Assembly: GCA_964619725.1 (NCBI GenBank)
Contig: CAZUFC010000087.1
Coordinates: 1 to 38,267, forward strand
From: an uncultured bacterium
GTDB taxonomy: Bacteria > CSSED10-310 > CAZUFC01
Reading direction: 5' to 3'
DNA: 38,267 bases
Below the pieces are notes generated by a model. The model worked only from the letters and a program-made list of their open reading frames with translations, was not told where the DNA came from and did not search any database. A program made the translations under genes and the position numbers. Of the stretch, positions 1 through 9,395 are shown one piece after another. Every line of letters starts with the position of its first letter. Positions within the stretch are counted from its first letter, which is position 1.

Positions 1-51
1 ACCTGGCGTAATCTCGATATGCTTATCAATGATTTTTGTCGTCACGCTCAT
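1..51 (-). CDS. 5' fragment of probable DUF433-family protein (runs off window)
   Basis: Minus strand from ATG at 51 reads MSVTTKIIDKHIEITPG to the window edge. HIEITPG resembles the DUF433 N-terminus that precedes GGKP. Only 17 codons are visible. Confidence 0.45.
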   Translation of the reverse strand, partial: MSVTTKIIDKHIEITPG

Positions 52-178
52 CTCCAACGCCGGTTTGATCAGTCCCAAAAGAACATTTCTTCTGATGGAA
101 AACAACTGTTGCGTTTTACTTTGTAATTCTGATATGGATAAACGCTGGAACAGGGTGTTCCTTTGGGGTAAAGATAAC

Positions 179-1732
179 ATGGTCAAAAAATTAACATTAT
201 TTCTTCTCATTGCGGCGCTGATGAATTTAAACGCCTGCGGACGGTCAGGCCGGGGAGTCGGCAAGCACCTGATTTTAATCACGGTGGATACTTTGCGGGC
301 TGATCATCTGAGTTGTTACGGCAATCCTGAAATTTATACGCCTAATATGGATGTCCTCGCAAAAGAGGGACTGCTTTTTGAAACCTGCATCGTCCCTATG
401 GGCAAAACCACTCCTTCTCTCGCAACGCTTCTTACCGCGAAGTATCCTCACGAGCATACCGTCCGTTCCGTCATGGATGCTTTGCCGGAAGAGGTCGACA
501 CATTAGCCGAAATATTAAAAGAACATGGTTTCACGACAGCTTTTGCGAATGCGAATATTTTGCTTACTGAGCGCAGCGGCATAACCCAGGGATTCGATTA
601 TTATGAGGATTTGCAGGGAACGACCATCGAATTGAATGACAAGAACAATGACAGAAAAAACGATCAGTTGATCAGCGCTCAGAAGAAAAGAGTTCTCCCG
701 GAAAATCGCCCCACCGATATGCTGATGGAGGTTTATAGAAAATCCTCTGAAAAAGAAATGCGTGAGAAACCACATGAAGCATACAGCGCTAAACATCTGA
801 CCGATCTAGCGGTCAACAGGCTCGATTCACTAAAGGATCAAGAAAGAATATTCCTGTGGGTTCACTATATGGACCCGCATTGGGATTACATGCCGCCCTA
901 TCCATGGAAAAACATCCATTCAAAGCAGGAACCGGAATCATTTATGGAATATATGGGGCAGGCCATGCCCATCATTCAATTTAAAAATACCATGTCGGAT
1001 GAGTTGATCCGCTATTTCAAGGGACTTTATACCGAGGAAGTCGAATACACGGATTATCATATCGGTCGATTGCTCAGGAAACTCTGTGAAACGGGACTTT
1101 ACGATGAAAGCCTCATCGTTTTCAGCGCAGACCACGGAGAAGCTCTGGGCGAAAAAGATATCTATTTCGGACATGGAGATGATCTCTACGAAGGCAATCT
1201 GCGCGTTCCGTTGATTTTTCTCTCGAAAAACGGCATCCCGGATAACCGCTTGAGCGATTATCCCGTCGAATTCATCGATTTGTTCCAGACTTTTTGCGAT
1301 CTCCTGGCCGTCCCGGTTCCGGCAGTGTCGGGAAATTCTATCGCTGACATAGTCCTCTCCGGTTCCGAGCCGGAAACGCCGCCGGACCATGACCTTATTT
1401 TTGCCGAAACAGATAGCTGGAGCCCCGAACAGAATCCCCGGAAATACATCGACGGCATCCAGGGGAAGTGGCGCATGGCTATGAACGACAGATACAAGCT
1501 AATCTGGATACCGCACAGAGAAGAATCCATCTATGAATTATACGACTGGAAAAACGATCCCGCTGAATTGAATAATCTGGCAGGAAAAGGTATGAACGTT
1601 GAAGAAAACCTCAGGGATAATCTGCATACCTGGGTCGCTCGGGATGCCTCATACAAGGACGATTCGCCTCAAAAACCGCCTGAGGACAGCAGAGTCCTGG
1701 AAAAATTGAGAGAACTGGGTTATATTCAGTGA
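179..1732 (+). CDS. Sulfatase/alkaline-phosphatase superfamily lipoprotein
   Basis: Motifs LITVDTLRADH, WVHYMDPH, FSADHGE and ELYD..NDPAE..NLA. Start moved from 29 to ATG 179, which gives a signal peptide with lipobox LNAC. Confidence 0.88.
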   Translation: MVKKLTLFLLIAALMNLNACGRSGRGVGKHLILITVDTLRADHLSCYGNPEIYTPNMDVLAKEGLLFETCIVPMGKTTPSLATLLTAKYPHEHTVRSVMDALPEEVDTLAEILKEHGFTTAFANANILLTERSGITQGFDYYEDLQGTTIELNDKNNDRKNDQLISAQKKRVLPENRPTDMLMEVYRKSSEKEMREKPHEAYSAKHLTDLAVNRLDSLKDQERIFLWVHYMDPHWDYMPPYPWKNIHSKQEPESFMEYMGQAMPIIQFKNTMSDELIRYFKGLYTEEVEYTDYHIGRLLRKLCETGLYDESLIVFSADHGEALGEKDIYFGHGDDLYEGNLRVPLIFLSKNGIPDNRLSDYPVEFIDLFQTFCDLLAVPVPAVSGNSIADIVLSGSEPETPPDHDLIFAETDSWSPEQNPRKYIDGIQGKWRMAMNDRYKLIWIPHREESIYELYDWKNDPAELNNLAGKGMNVEENLRDNLHTWVARDASYKDDSPQKPPEDSRVLEKLRELGYIQ

Positions 1733-1792
1733 CGATCCGGCGATTTCACACCTGGTTCCGCAAGATAAAAACGTCAATAAAGGAAAATTAAA

Positions 1793-3286
1793 GTGAGGTT
1801 TGAAGCGTTATGGGCGCCGGCATTAGTCGCTGCCGCGATCCTTCTGGGTTGCGGTAACGGCGAAAGGAGCAAGCCCGGCCTGCTTCGTCAAAAAAAGCCG
1901 CTGCATCTGGTTTTCATCACTGTGGACACTCTAAGGAAAGACTATTTGGGATGTTACGGCAATCCTCGAATATACACGCCCCATATGGATGAATTATCAA
2001 AAAAGGGGACCTTGTTTCAGACCTGCCTGGCGCCGCTTGGAAAAACCAATCCTTCCATCGCGTCGATTTTAACCGCCAAATACCCTCATGAACATTCTGT
2101 TCGGTCACTATGGCACGTTTTACCCGAAAAGGAAACCACTTTGACCGAGGTGTTGAAAGAACGAGGTTATGCAACAGCCTTTGTGAACGGAAATAATCTC
2201 TTGGGCCCGCAAAGCGGCATAACTCAGGGCTTCGATTATTATGAAGGTCCGCAAGGAGGATTCATCCGGTACTGGGATAAAACGAAAGCTGAAAACTTTA
2301 CGATCAAAGAAGAAGAGCAAAATCCGCTGAGAATATTGAGCGCTGCTTCGGCCGAACGCATCACCAATCTGGCGATTAAAAGAATCGAAAAGCTCAAAGA
2401 AAGAGAAAAAATATTCTTGTGGGTTCACTACATGGACCCTCACTGGTCATATCATCCTCCTTCTCCCTGGAATCGAACCCATACGAAATCTGTGGATGCC
2501 GATTTCGAGAAGTTAGCTGCCGAATCGCTCCCCGTTCTCCAATTCCAGAATTCCCTTTCCGATAACATGATAGAATACTTCAAAGGCCTTTATGCCGGAG
2601 AAGTGGAATACACGGATTACCACATCGGACGTCTCCTCAATAAGCTTACTGAATGCAACATTCTACACGATTGCCTTTTAGTATTCAGTTCTGACCACGG
2701 TGAAGCCCTCGGAGAAAAAGAGTTCTTCTTCTGTCACGGCGATGACGTCTACAGAGAAAGTCTGGACATACCGTTGATCTTTTATTCAACAGAAGATTTG
2801 CCCTTCTCCGACATCCTCGAACAACCCGTGCAAACAACCTCCCTCTTTTCCGCCGTCATAAAGCTGCTCGGAACCGGCGATACAATGCAAAAATACGATA
2901 TCCCCCACAGGCCGCTCATCGATAAAATTGATAATGACGAAAACAATTATCTTTTCGCCGAAACGGACGGTTGGACGCCCAAAGAGAATCCTAGACGTTA
3001 CATACCAGGCGCTCTCGGAAAATGGAGAATGATCAGAGACGATCGCTATAAACTCATAAGAATCCCCCATCCTGAAAAAGATATCCTCGAATTGTACGAT
3101 CTGAAAAACGATTCTGCGGAATTAATCAACCTGGCCGGAAAAAATTCGCGCCGGGAGGAAATACTTAAAGCAAAGCTTGAAGAATGGGCGGCGGAAGACC
3201 CGGCTTCAAAGGACGATACTCCGGAAGAACCGCCAGACGAGCCGTCGATAAAACAGAAGTTGAAAAGTCTGGGGTATATCCAGTGA
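1793..3286 (+). CDS. Sulfatase/alkaline-phosphatase superfamily lipoprotein (paralogue of upstream gene)
   Basis: FITVDTLRKD, WVHYMDPH, SSDHGE; lipobox LLGC; GTG start after AAGGA. Collinear with 179..1732 and ends in the same LGYIQ. Confidence 0.88.
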   Translation: MRFEALWAPALVAAAILLGCGNGERSKPGLLRQKKPLHLVFITVDTLRKDYLGCYGNPRIYTPHMDELSKKGTLFQTCLAPLGKTNPSIASILTAKYPHEHSVRSLWHVLPEKETTLTEVLKERGYATAFVNGNNLLGPQSGITQGFDYYEGPQGGFIRYWDKTKAENFTIKEEEQNPLRILSAASAERITNLAIKRIEKLKEREKIFLWVHYMDPHWSYHPPSPWNRTHTKSVDADFEKLAAESLPVLQFQNSLSDNMIEYFKGLYAGEVEYTDYHIGRLLNKLTECNILHDCLLVFSSDHGEALGEKEFFFCHGDDVYRESLDIPLIFYSTEDLPFSDILEQPVQTTSLFSAVIKLLGTGDTMQKYDIPHRPLIDKIDNDENNYLFAETDGWTPKENPRRYIPGALGKWRMIRDDRYKLIRIPHPEKDILELYDLKNDSAELINLAGKNSRREEILKAKLEEWAAEDPASKDDTPEEPPDEPSIKQKLKSLGYIQ

Positions 3287-3302
3287 ATCCGGTGGGTTGA
3301 AG

Positions 3303-4334
3303 TTATTTACGTGGTTCGAAGTATTTGTTGAGGCCGTCGCCGAGGAGGAAGAGGGCAGAGAGTGAAATTATGATGAACAAGGCGGGGAAGGCGGCGACCC
3401 AGTAGACGCCCTCGAAGAAGTAGGGTCCTCCTTCGACGGTGAGGTTCCCCCAACTGGGGAAAGGTTCCTGAACGCCGAATCCCAGATAACTCAGGGCTGT
3501 TTCGATGAGGATCGCATCCGCGTATCCGAGTATGACGGCAGAGAGAATTTGTCTTTTGGAGTTTGATATAAGCAGGTGTTTAAGGATAATTCTGGAATGA
3601 CCGGCCCCGATGCTTTTTACAGCTTCGACGAAACCTGATTCTTTGAATTTTCTTATCCTGGCGTAGATGACTTCAGCGGTTCTGGGTATGTTGAGGAAGC
3701 CGAGTGCGGCCATTACAAGGTATATATCGGGTTTAAAGAGGGCGGCGACGAGGAGAATGAGTATCAGTCTTGGAAAGGAGCGAATAACCTGGATAAGGTA
3801 GAAGACGGTTTTTTCGACAAAGCCGCCGAAGTAGCCTGCAGAGGAACCGAGGAAAAGGCCGAAGAGAAGTGCAATGGAGACGGAAAGGAGACCGGGAAGG
3901 ATGTAGGCATCGGCGCCGGCGGCTATCCGGCTGAGGATGTCTCTTCCATTGATGTCCGAGCCCAGGGGATAGACCGGTTGTGTGCTGTTTTTTGAATTTT
4001 CTGCTTTGGGATTGAGTTTTAAATCTGTCTGGTCATCCAGAGAAAAAAAGTCCTCCTGGGTAGCATTGCGCTGTTTTTTTACAGGGGATTCCCGGTTGTA
4101 GAAGAACAGGCTGAAAATATTGTTTATGAATTTAGAATCCGGCGGAGTATGTGAACGATCCAGGTTGTTTGAATAAGGATCATAGGGAATGATGTTGAAC
4201 CTGGCGGCGGCGATGACTGCGACGACGAGCGATAGGAGAAGAAGGCCAGCAATTAAAGTCGGAAAACCTCTTTCTGTGAAACGGAAGAATGTTCTGTGAA
4301 GAAGGCTGTTTTTAATCCTGTAGGTTTTTTTCAT
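3303..4334 (-). CDS. Opp/Dpp-family ABC transporter permease (OppC/DppC-like)
   Basis: LGSDINGRDILSR, EAA loop FVEAVKSIGA, ETALSYLGFGVQEPFPSWG. Confidence 0.9.
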   Translation of the reverse strand: MKKTYRIKNSLLHRTFFRFTERGFPTLIAGLLLLSLVVAVIAAARFNIIPYDPYSNNLDRSHTPPDSKFINNIFSLFFYNRESPVKKQRNATQEDFFSLDDQTDLKLNPKAENSKNSTQPVYPLGSDINGRDILSRIAAGADAYILPGLLSVSIALLFGLFLGSSAGYFGGFVEKTVFYLIQVIRSFPRLILILLVAALFKPDIYLVMAALGFLNIPRTAEVIYARIRKFKESGFVEAVKSIGAGHSRIILKHLLISNSKRQILSAVILGYADAILIETALSYLGFGVQEPFPSWGNLTVEGGPYFFEGVYWVAAFPALFIIISLSALFLLGDGLNKYFEPRK

Positions 4335-5326
4335 CAGGGGGCGTCTGCTGATTTACTTGAACTGCGCAGCCGCGGGTCGACCCGAAGCATGATGATTAGA
4401 TTAATGACATGGACCAGACTTACGACGGCAACGGCTATCAAAGTAATGATCATAATAAGGCGATAATCTCTCGTTTCAGCGGCTTTCCAGGATAGATAAC
4501 CCAATCCTTTCAAGTTGAAGATGCATTCCAGCACGACGGCGCCGCCCATAAACCAGGCGAATTTATTATTGATGAGTAGAAGGACCGATATTACGGAGCC
4601 TTTGAAAAAGTGTCCGAACAGGGGGACCCCGCGTGAAAGGGCTCCTCTGATGTGATCTTCGGTTTTCAAATCTTTCAATTCATCGCGGATATGACGAAAA
4701 AAACCGGTCAGGTTACCGTCTCCGATGGTAAGAATGACGAAAGGGATGCAGAAAACCAATAATTTTCCGAAAGAGCCTGCTTCAGAAAAGGCGTGGGGAA
4801 GGGGGACCTTGTTAAAATAGTGAACGGACCCCAGAAAGGTGAAGTATCCCAGAATAAAAACGGGCGCTGCGGAAAGAAGGTAAAAAAACAAGGTCAGCAG
4901 CGGTGAAAGCATTGAATGCTCTTTGAATGAAACGATAATTGCCGATGGTATGGCTATGAAAAGCGACAGGGCCAGTGAACCGATGCAGAGCATCAGAGTT
5001 ATTTTTAATCCGTTCCACACGACAGCCGTAATGGGCAAGCCCTCCCTGGTCAGTCCCAATTTTCCCTGAAAGAGGTCGAAAAGCCATGACTTATAGAAAA
5101 TCAAACCGCCGGACGATATTCCCGGTTCACCTTTTAATCCTGTATCCGGTCCCGGCGCCAGGACGACGAGGAGACTTATGAGAAGCGAGGCTCCAATCAT
5201 TACCGCGGCAGCATTCAATATTGATTTTAGAACATAAGCGGCAAATGATGTTTCGTGGACCGTCGCATATTGAATTGAAGGTTTTGAAGTTTTTGTCCCG
5301 GAATTGCTTGATGGAAAAAATTTCAT
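4334..5326 (-). CDS. Opp/Dpp-family ABC transporter permease (OppB/DppB-like, divergent)
   Basis: Multiple TM segments, GGAVVLECIFNLKGLG...RDY, terminal VDPRLR; 1-nt overlap with the oppC-like gene. Confidence 0.82.
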   Translation of the reverse strand: MKFFPSSNSGTKTSKPSIQYATVHETSFAAYVLKSILNAAAVMIGASLLISLLVVLAPGPDTGLKGEPGISSGGLIFYKSWLFDLFQGKLGLTREGLPITAVVWNGLKITLMLCIGSLALSLFIAIPSAIIVSFKEHSMLSPLLTLFFYLLSAAPVFILGYFTFLGSVHYFNKVPLPHAFSEAGSFGKLLVFCIPFVILTIGDGNLTGFFRHIRDELKDLKTEDHIRGALSRGVPLFGHFFKGSVISVLLLINNKFAWFMGGAVVLECIFNLKGLGYLSWKAAETRDYRLIMIITLIAVAVVSLVHVINLIIMLRVDPRLRSSSKSADAP

Positions 5327-5450
5327 CAGAGACAGGCCGACTTCCGGTTCATTTTTTTGTATTTGAATACAGGCAATTCGGGCATTCCTTCATCAGGATA
5401 AGCGGCGCCGGGAATTTTTTTCAGGCGCGTTATAGGGGAATAACTTATTG

Positions 5451-7064
5451 TCATTGAAAGGGGTAGAGTTTAATCCGAAAATAAACAGAATCGTTATTGG
5501 ACCAGGAACCCAGAATTGTTTCGTCATCGCCTTCGAAGCGGTCGTATCCTATAAAAAGTCGGGCGTTATCGAAGATGGAGAAGCCGAGTTCCGGGTTCAT
5601 GTAATAGTCGCCGTCATCCAAAGTGGACAGCCATCTGAATTCCAGGAAGAGTTTGCTGTTGAAAAAGGCGGCGCCCAGATGACAGCCCAGCGGATGATAA
5701 AGCGCCGGGACCAGGGGATCGTCCGGTTCATCTAAAATTCTGAATTCCATCAGGCTGAGGTCTGAGGTCCAGTCTTTCAACGGTATGAAGTCTTTTATGC
5801 CGGCGGACACGGCCATCTGGTCGCCGGAAGAAATTTTGAAATTATAGTGGTGATAGGGGTAGTCTAAATTATACGCGGCCTTGAAAAAAACTTTAAGCGG
5901 CAAAAGATCGTAAATCGCTTTCAGGGCCCAGGTTTCTCTTTTTTTGTAAGTGAACCAACCGCGGTACCGCTGTTCTATGATTTGCAGAAATTCAACGGCA
6001 TCGATCATGTGATCATCCAGAATATCCTGCACATTTTTGTCCGTTTGAAGCAAAGGCATATCATACCAACCGTTAAAGTAATATAACCTTATGGACAATC
6101 CTTGTTGAGCAACCCCGGCAAGCAGCAGAAATTCGCTGTTTGAAAAGTAATTCTGCGGCTCCTGGAATTCAGGTGTAAGGCTTGTTCTGTAAGGAGCGAC
6201 GTCAGGATTACGGCTCCTCAGCAATTCTTCAAGGTATTCGTAATCTTTTAAAAAATCATATTCAGAAGGAAGATTCTGGAGGTTAAATCTTATGCTGAAC
6301 AAAGGGTTCCTGAGGAGGGCCCATGGGGAGCCGAACAAATCGAATTCAGAACCTTCAAAAAAGGGAAACCAGGCGGCGCCGAACTCCAGATTCTCATGAG
6401 AAAATTGAGTATGAACGAAGGATGAAGGTTGATGCGACCAGAGTGATTCGTGACTGAAAGGGTTCGTAAGATTGGGAGTCGACAGGAAATTTAAAGGGGA
6501 CCAGAGTTCGTTCGTTTCCGCATCGAAAACTGTATGACCGATCCTGACCTTCCAGAATGAATGCTCAGCATGCAATGTGAAATCTCTCAATCGCCAATGG
6601 TACTGCGTTTCCGTTTGATAATCCGTGAAAAGTCCGTATTCTCCCGTTCCCTCCATGGTCAGCCTGGAATGAGCGCTCAGGGGAAAACGGGTCGAAATGC
6701 CGGCAGCCATGTTGAAATTGACGTATTTTTCGGAGTATAAATCTTCTTCCATATCAGCATCAAAACGCCCCAGGAGAAAAGTTTCAATCTCCATGGCTGA
6801 TACGCGCGGCTCCTTTCCCATTTCATTATCGCGCTCGTCATAGCCGCCTACTTCATATTGCTCAGGTTCATGCGGCAGCGATGATCTCGATTCCGGCAGC
6901 GTTTCAAATGATTCCTCATTCACTCCATCTGTCGTATCGTCGAATTCTTCGAATTCGTCGGCGCCATAACTCTGAGCAACCATGATAAGGATGAAAAAAA
7001 TGACCCATAAAACTTTTGCGGCGTCTGGCCAACGATCTGAATAAAATAACTTGAATTCCATCAC
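5451..7064 (-). CDS. Secreted protein, probable outer-membrane beta-barrel with acidic N-terminus
   Basis: Signal peptide ending SYGA, acidic low-complexity region, alternating aromatic strands, terminal strand VYFRIKLYPF. Confidence 0.55.
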   Translation of the reverse strand: MMEFKLFYSDRWPDAAKVLWVIFFILIMVAQSYGADEFEEFDDTTDGVNEESFETLPESRSSLPHEPEQYEVGGYDERDNEMGKEPRVSAMEIETFLLGRFDADMEEDLYSEKYVNFNMAAGISTRFPLSAHSRLTMEGTGEYGLFTDYQTETQYHWRLRDFTLHAEHSFWKVRIGHTVFDAETNELWSPLNFLSTPNLTNPFSHESLWSHQPSSFVHTQFSHENLEFGAAWFPFFEGSEFDLFGSPWALLRNPLFSIRFNLQNLPSEYDFLKDYEYLEELLRSRNPDVAPYRTSLTPEFQEPQNYFSNSEFLLLAGVAQQGLSIRLYYFNGWYDMPLLQTDKNVQDILDDHMIDAVEFLQIIEQRYRGWFTYKKRETWALKAIYDLLPLKVFFKAAYNLDYPYHHYNFKISSGDQMAVSAGIKDFIPLKDWTSDLSLMEFRILDEPDDPLVPALYHPLGCHLGAAFFNSKLFLEFRWLSTLDDGDYYMNPELGFSIFDNARLFIGYDRFEGDDETILGSWSNNDSVYFRIKLYPFQ

Positions 7065-7132
7065 CTTCTAACGTCTATCCTCCTTCTTTAAATGTCTTGC
7101 GGCTCCTCTCATTCGTCAGGAATGAGACCAGG

Positions 7133-7555
7133 TTAATCCATAAGTTCTTTCCACATGGCCCTTTCGATTACGCTGATCAGTTCGTTTATCCTTTGCCTGG
7201 ATTCTATAATCGTATCAAGTATGGCCCTTAACGGCTCCATGCGGGATTCGGATAATGAACCCAAAGCCACCTTCTCCATGTTCCAATTCGGGAATATTCT
7301 TTGATTAGCGTTGTCTTCCGCATTTAACAGCAGCACGTCCGTATGACGTTCGTCATTCACGATTTTCCTGTAAAGTTCATCGATTTTCTCGTGAGGCCCT
7401 TCGATTACTTGAAAAAACAACCTGCCGCTGGTCATCAATACGCCCGTTATGTCGTTCTTTTCGTTATCCCTGGCGGATTGCTTTACAAGGTCGTTTATCT
7501 CTTCCAAAGTCAATTCCCGATTGTAACGGCTGATGTATTTTAATCGTTTCAACAT
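7133..7555 (-). CDS. Stand-alone BLUF blue-light photoreceptor (140 aa)
   Basis: Y7, N31, ITGVL, FFQVIEG (Q49), DERH, W91-x-M93. Start at ATG 7555 preceded by GGAGGA. Confidence 0.93.
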   Translation of the reverse strand: MLKRLKYISRYNRELTLEEINDLVKQSARDNEKNDITGVLMTSGRLFFQVIEGPHEKIDELYRKIVNDERHTDVLLLNAEDNANQRIFPNWNMEKVALGSLSESRMEPLRAILDTIIESRQRINELISVIERAMWKELMD

Positions 7556-7722
7556 TTTCCATTCCTCCTTTAAAATTGAACCACTCACTCCTTCCTACCA
7601 AATATCCGTTCAATGGTCAATATCTGTCGAAAATAGGAGATTGGAAAACTATAAGCGGTTTTTTGAAAGACGGCTTCTGCCGATGCCGGAATAATTGGCC
7701 ATTGTGTGCCGAAGAATTATCC

Positions 7723-7761
7723 TTCACATTTGTTGACAAACTTTAGACAAAATTTTATCCT
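7723..7761 (+). promoter_or_regulatory. Sigma-70 promoter overlapped by CarH/LitR-type TnnACA direct-repeat operator
   Basis: TTGACA (7733-7738), 17 bp, TATCCT (7756-7761). TnnACA units at 7723 (TTCACA), 7733 (TTGACA) and 7744 (TAGACA), spaced 10-11 bp. Confidence 0.75.
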
Positions 7762-7821
7762 GTTAAAAGCTCCGAAAAGCGGCATGAGCAAATACGGAAA
7801 ACTGCGACAAGGAAAAAAATA

Positions 7822-8751
7822 ATGACGAACAAATTCTCAATTAAAATTGCATCGCTCAGATCGGGTTTGACGACTCACGTCATCAGAGTCTGGGAAAAGA
7901 GATACGGAGCGGTTAAACCTGAAAGAACCTCCACGAACCGACGCATATATTCGGAAGAAGAAATCGAACGGCTGAGGTTGTTGAACAAAGCGGTGAAAGC
8001 GGGATACAGCATCGGACGAATTGCCGAACTGGATACCAAAGAAGTAATCAAATTATTGATGAAAGACGATACGGAACTGCGCAATCGCGAAATTACCCCT
8101 GAAGATGCTGGAAAGGAGGAGGCGGCTGATGGATTCTTCAAGGAGGCTTTCGATCACGTGGAAAGCCTTAATTCAGAAGGACTAAAGGCGACCCTCACGC
8201 AAGCTGAAATGCAATTGGCGCGACCGGTCTTGATCGATCAGGTCGTTGTTCCCATATTGCAAAAAATAGGCGAAAGCTGGCGTGAAGGAGAAATTAAAAT
8301 ACTCCATGAACATAAAGCTATTGAAACTATAAGAAATGCCCTGCAATCCATGACCGTTTCACAGTCCTCTTTTTCGGATTCCGCAAAAACAATCGTATTC
8401 GCCGTTCCTGCCAAGCATTTCCATGACCTGGGAGCTTTGATCGCTGCAGTTTCCGCTATCTCAGAAGGCTGGAAAGCCGAATTCCTGGGACCTAATCTTC
8501 CGGCTGAAGAAATCGCCGCTGCTGCCCTCATGTTGAAAGCCAGAATTGCTGCCGTCAGCATAGTCTATCCGGAAAACGATGCCGAAACTATGGCTGAATT
8601 GAAAAAACTAAGGCAATATCTGCCCGAAGATATTGAAATGATCGTCGGCGGAAGAGCCGCCGCCTCCTATTCCAAAATCCTCGATGATCTAGGCATCAAA
8701 ATAATTCCGGACATGCCGGCCTTTCGATTATACCTCTCCTCATTGTCATGA
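7822..8751 (+). CDS. carH: MerR-family adenosylcobalamin-dependent photoreceptor repressor (CarH/LitR-like)
   Basis: MerR HTH with RVWEKRY, W-x9-EH motif (WREGEIKILHEH), B12-binding Rossmann domain with HFHDLG, LGPNLP and IVGG. Confidence 0.85.
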   Translation: MTNKFSIKIASLRSGLTTHVIRVWEKRYGAVKPERTSTNRRIYSEEEIERLRLLNKAVKAGYSIGRIAELDTKEVIKLLMKDDTELRNREITPEDAGKEEAADGFFKEAFDHVESLNSEGLKATLTQAEMQLARPVLIDQVVVPILQKIGESWREGEIKILHEHKAIETIRNALQSMTVSQSSFSDSAKTIVFAVPAKHFHDLGALIAAVSAISEGWKAEFLGPNLPAEEIAAAALMLKARIAAVSIVYPENDAETMAELKKLRQYLPEDIEMIVGGRAAASYSKILDDLGIKIIPDMPAFRLYLSSLS

Positions 8752-8756
8752 TTGAG

Positions 8757-8898
8757 TCATTTTGATAGTGTCTCATTTTGATAGTCAACTCCGGTCAGGT
8801 GTGACCAGGCATGCTGATTTAAAATGAGTTTTTGAACAAGCGCTGTTTCATTCAATAAAATCGGGTGAACGCGTGAAGAAAAAGCTATCAAAATGAGA
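8757..8898. promoter_or_regulatory. Repeated activator-binding (enhancer-like) sites, unit 1
   Basis: TCATTTTGATAG at 8757-8768 and 8773-8784; inverted copy CTATCAAAATGAGA at 8885-8898. Confidence 0.7.
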
Positions 8899-8984
8899 GA
8901 AAATATTATGGCTGAAAGGGAATGAATTTCGTCAAATATTCTTGAACCATTCCAGAACAATGGTTTGTACAGAAACAGAATAAC

Positions 8985-9000
8985 AGGTATGATAATTGCT
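8985..9000 (+). promoter_or_regulatory. Sigma-54 (-24/-12) promoter 1
   Basis: AGGTATGATAATTGCT, with GG 8986-8987, N10, GC 8998-8999; about 90 bp downstream of the proximal site. Confidence 0.65.
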
Positions 9001-9010
9001 ACTGAGAGAG

Positions 9011-9346
9011 GACGGCCTCTAAAGCCGCAAGGCGAATGAATTGGGGAATTCGGGGGTTATCAAAATTCCGGGAAACAGGGAGGCAGGCAAAGAGGCAGAA
9101 ACGAGAGGCGCAGAGAGTGAAAACGGAAATCGAAAGCAAAAGGTTAAAGCGAACGTGGGACAGTATGCTGAAAGCGAAAAGCGGAGCTGACGAGAGGTTG
9201 ACGGATTGATTAATAGATGGACTGATCATGATTAGATCGAATGGAGACGTTTCATAAACAGGCAGGAACCGCAAAGCTCTGCCTCCCGATTCGCCGGAAT
9301 TGCAATTCATTAATGAGAGCCATTCCATAATCTCGAAAAGAGATTA
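9011..9346 (+). ncRNA. Candidate structured non-coding RNA 1 (long closing stem, purine-rich interior)
   Basis: Nested pairings 9035-9043/9303-9311, 9064-9071/9294-9301 and 9078-9087/9278-9287; GCC-GCAA-GGC hairpin 9024-9033; 3' hairpin 9328-9346; begins just after a sigma-54 motif. Confidence 0.5.
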
Positions 9347-9395
9347 AAGGGTCGATGCTGGACTGGCGCTGCGGTTAAAGAATTTTTTTCTATTC

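Noticed and set aside
5351-5454. Short minus-strand ORF containing CPNC
   Set aside because: Stops after one Cys pair; no convincing frameshifted continuation
9036-9209. 57-codon basic ORF (MNWGIRGLSK...)
   Set aside because: Weak RBS, start buried in a predicted stem, and openness expected in T-poor sequence; kept only as an alternative to the RNA reading
8999-9328. 109-aa minus-strand ORF
   Set aside because: Antisense to the purine-rich tract, with biased composition and no motif
9348-9378. GGGTCG...GACTGGCG resembling the start of a ZTP riboswitch
   Set aside because: The downstream consensus, including the CGCCTGGG pseudoknot partner, is absent
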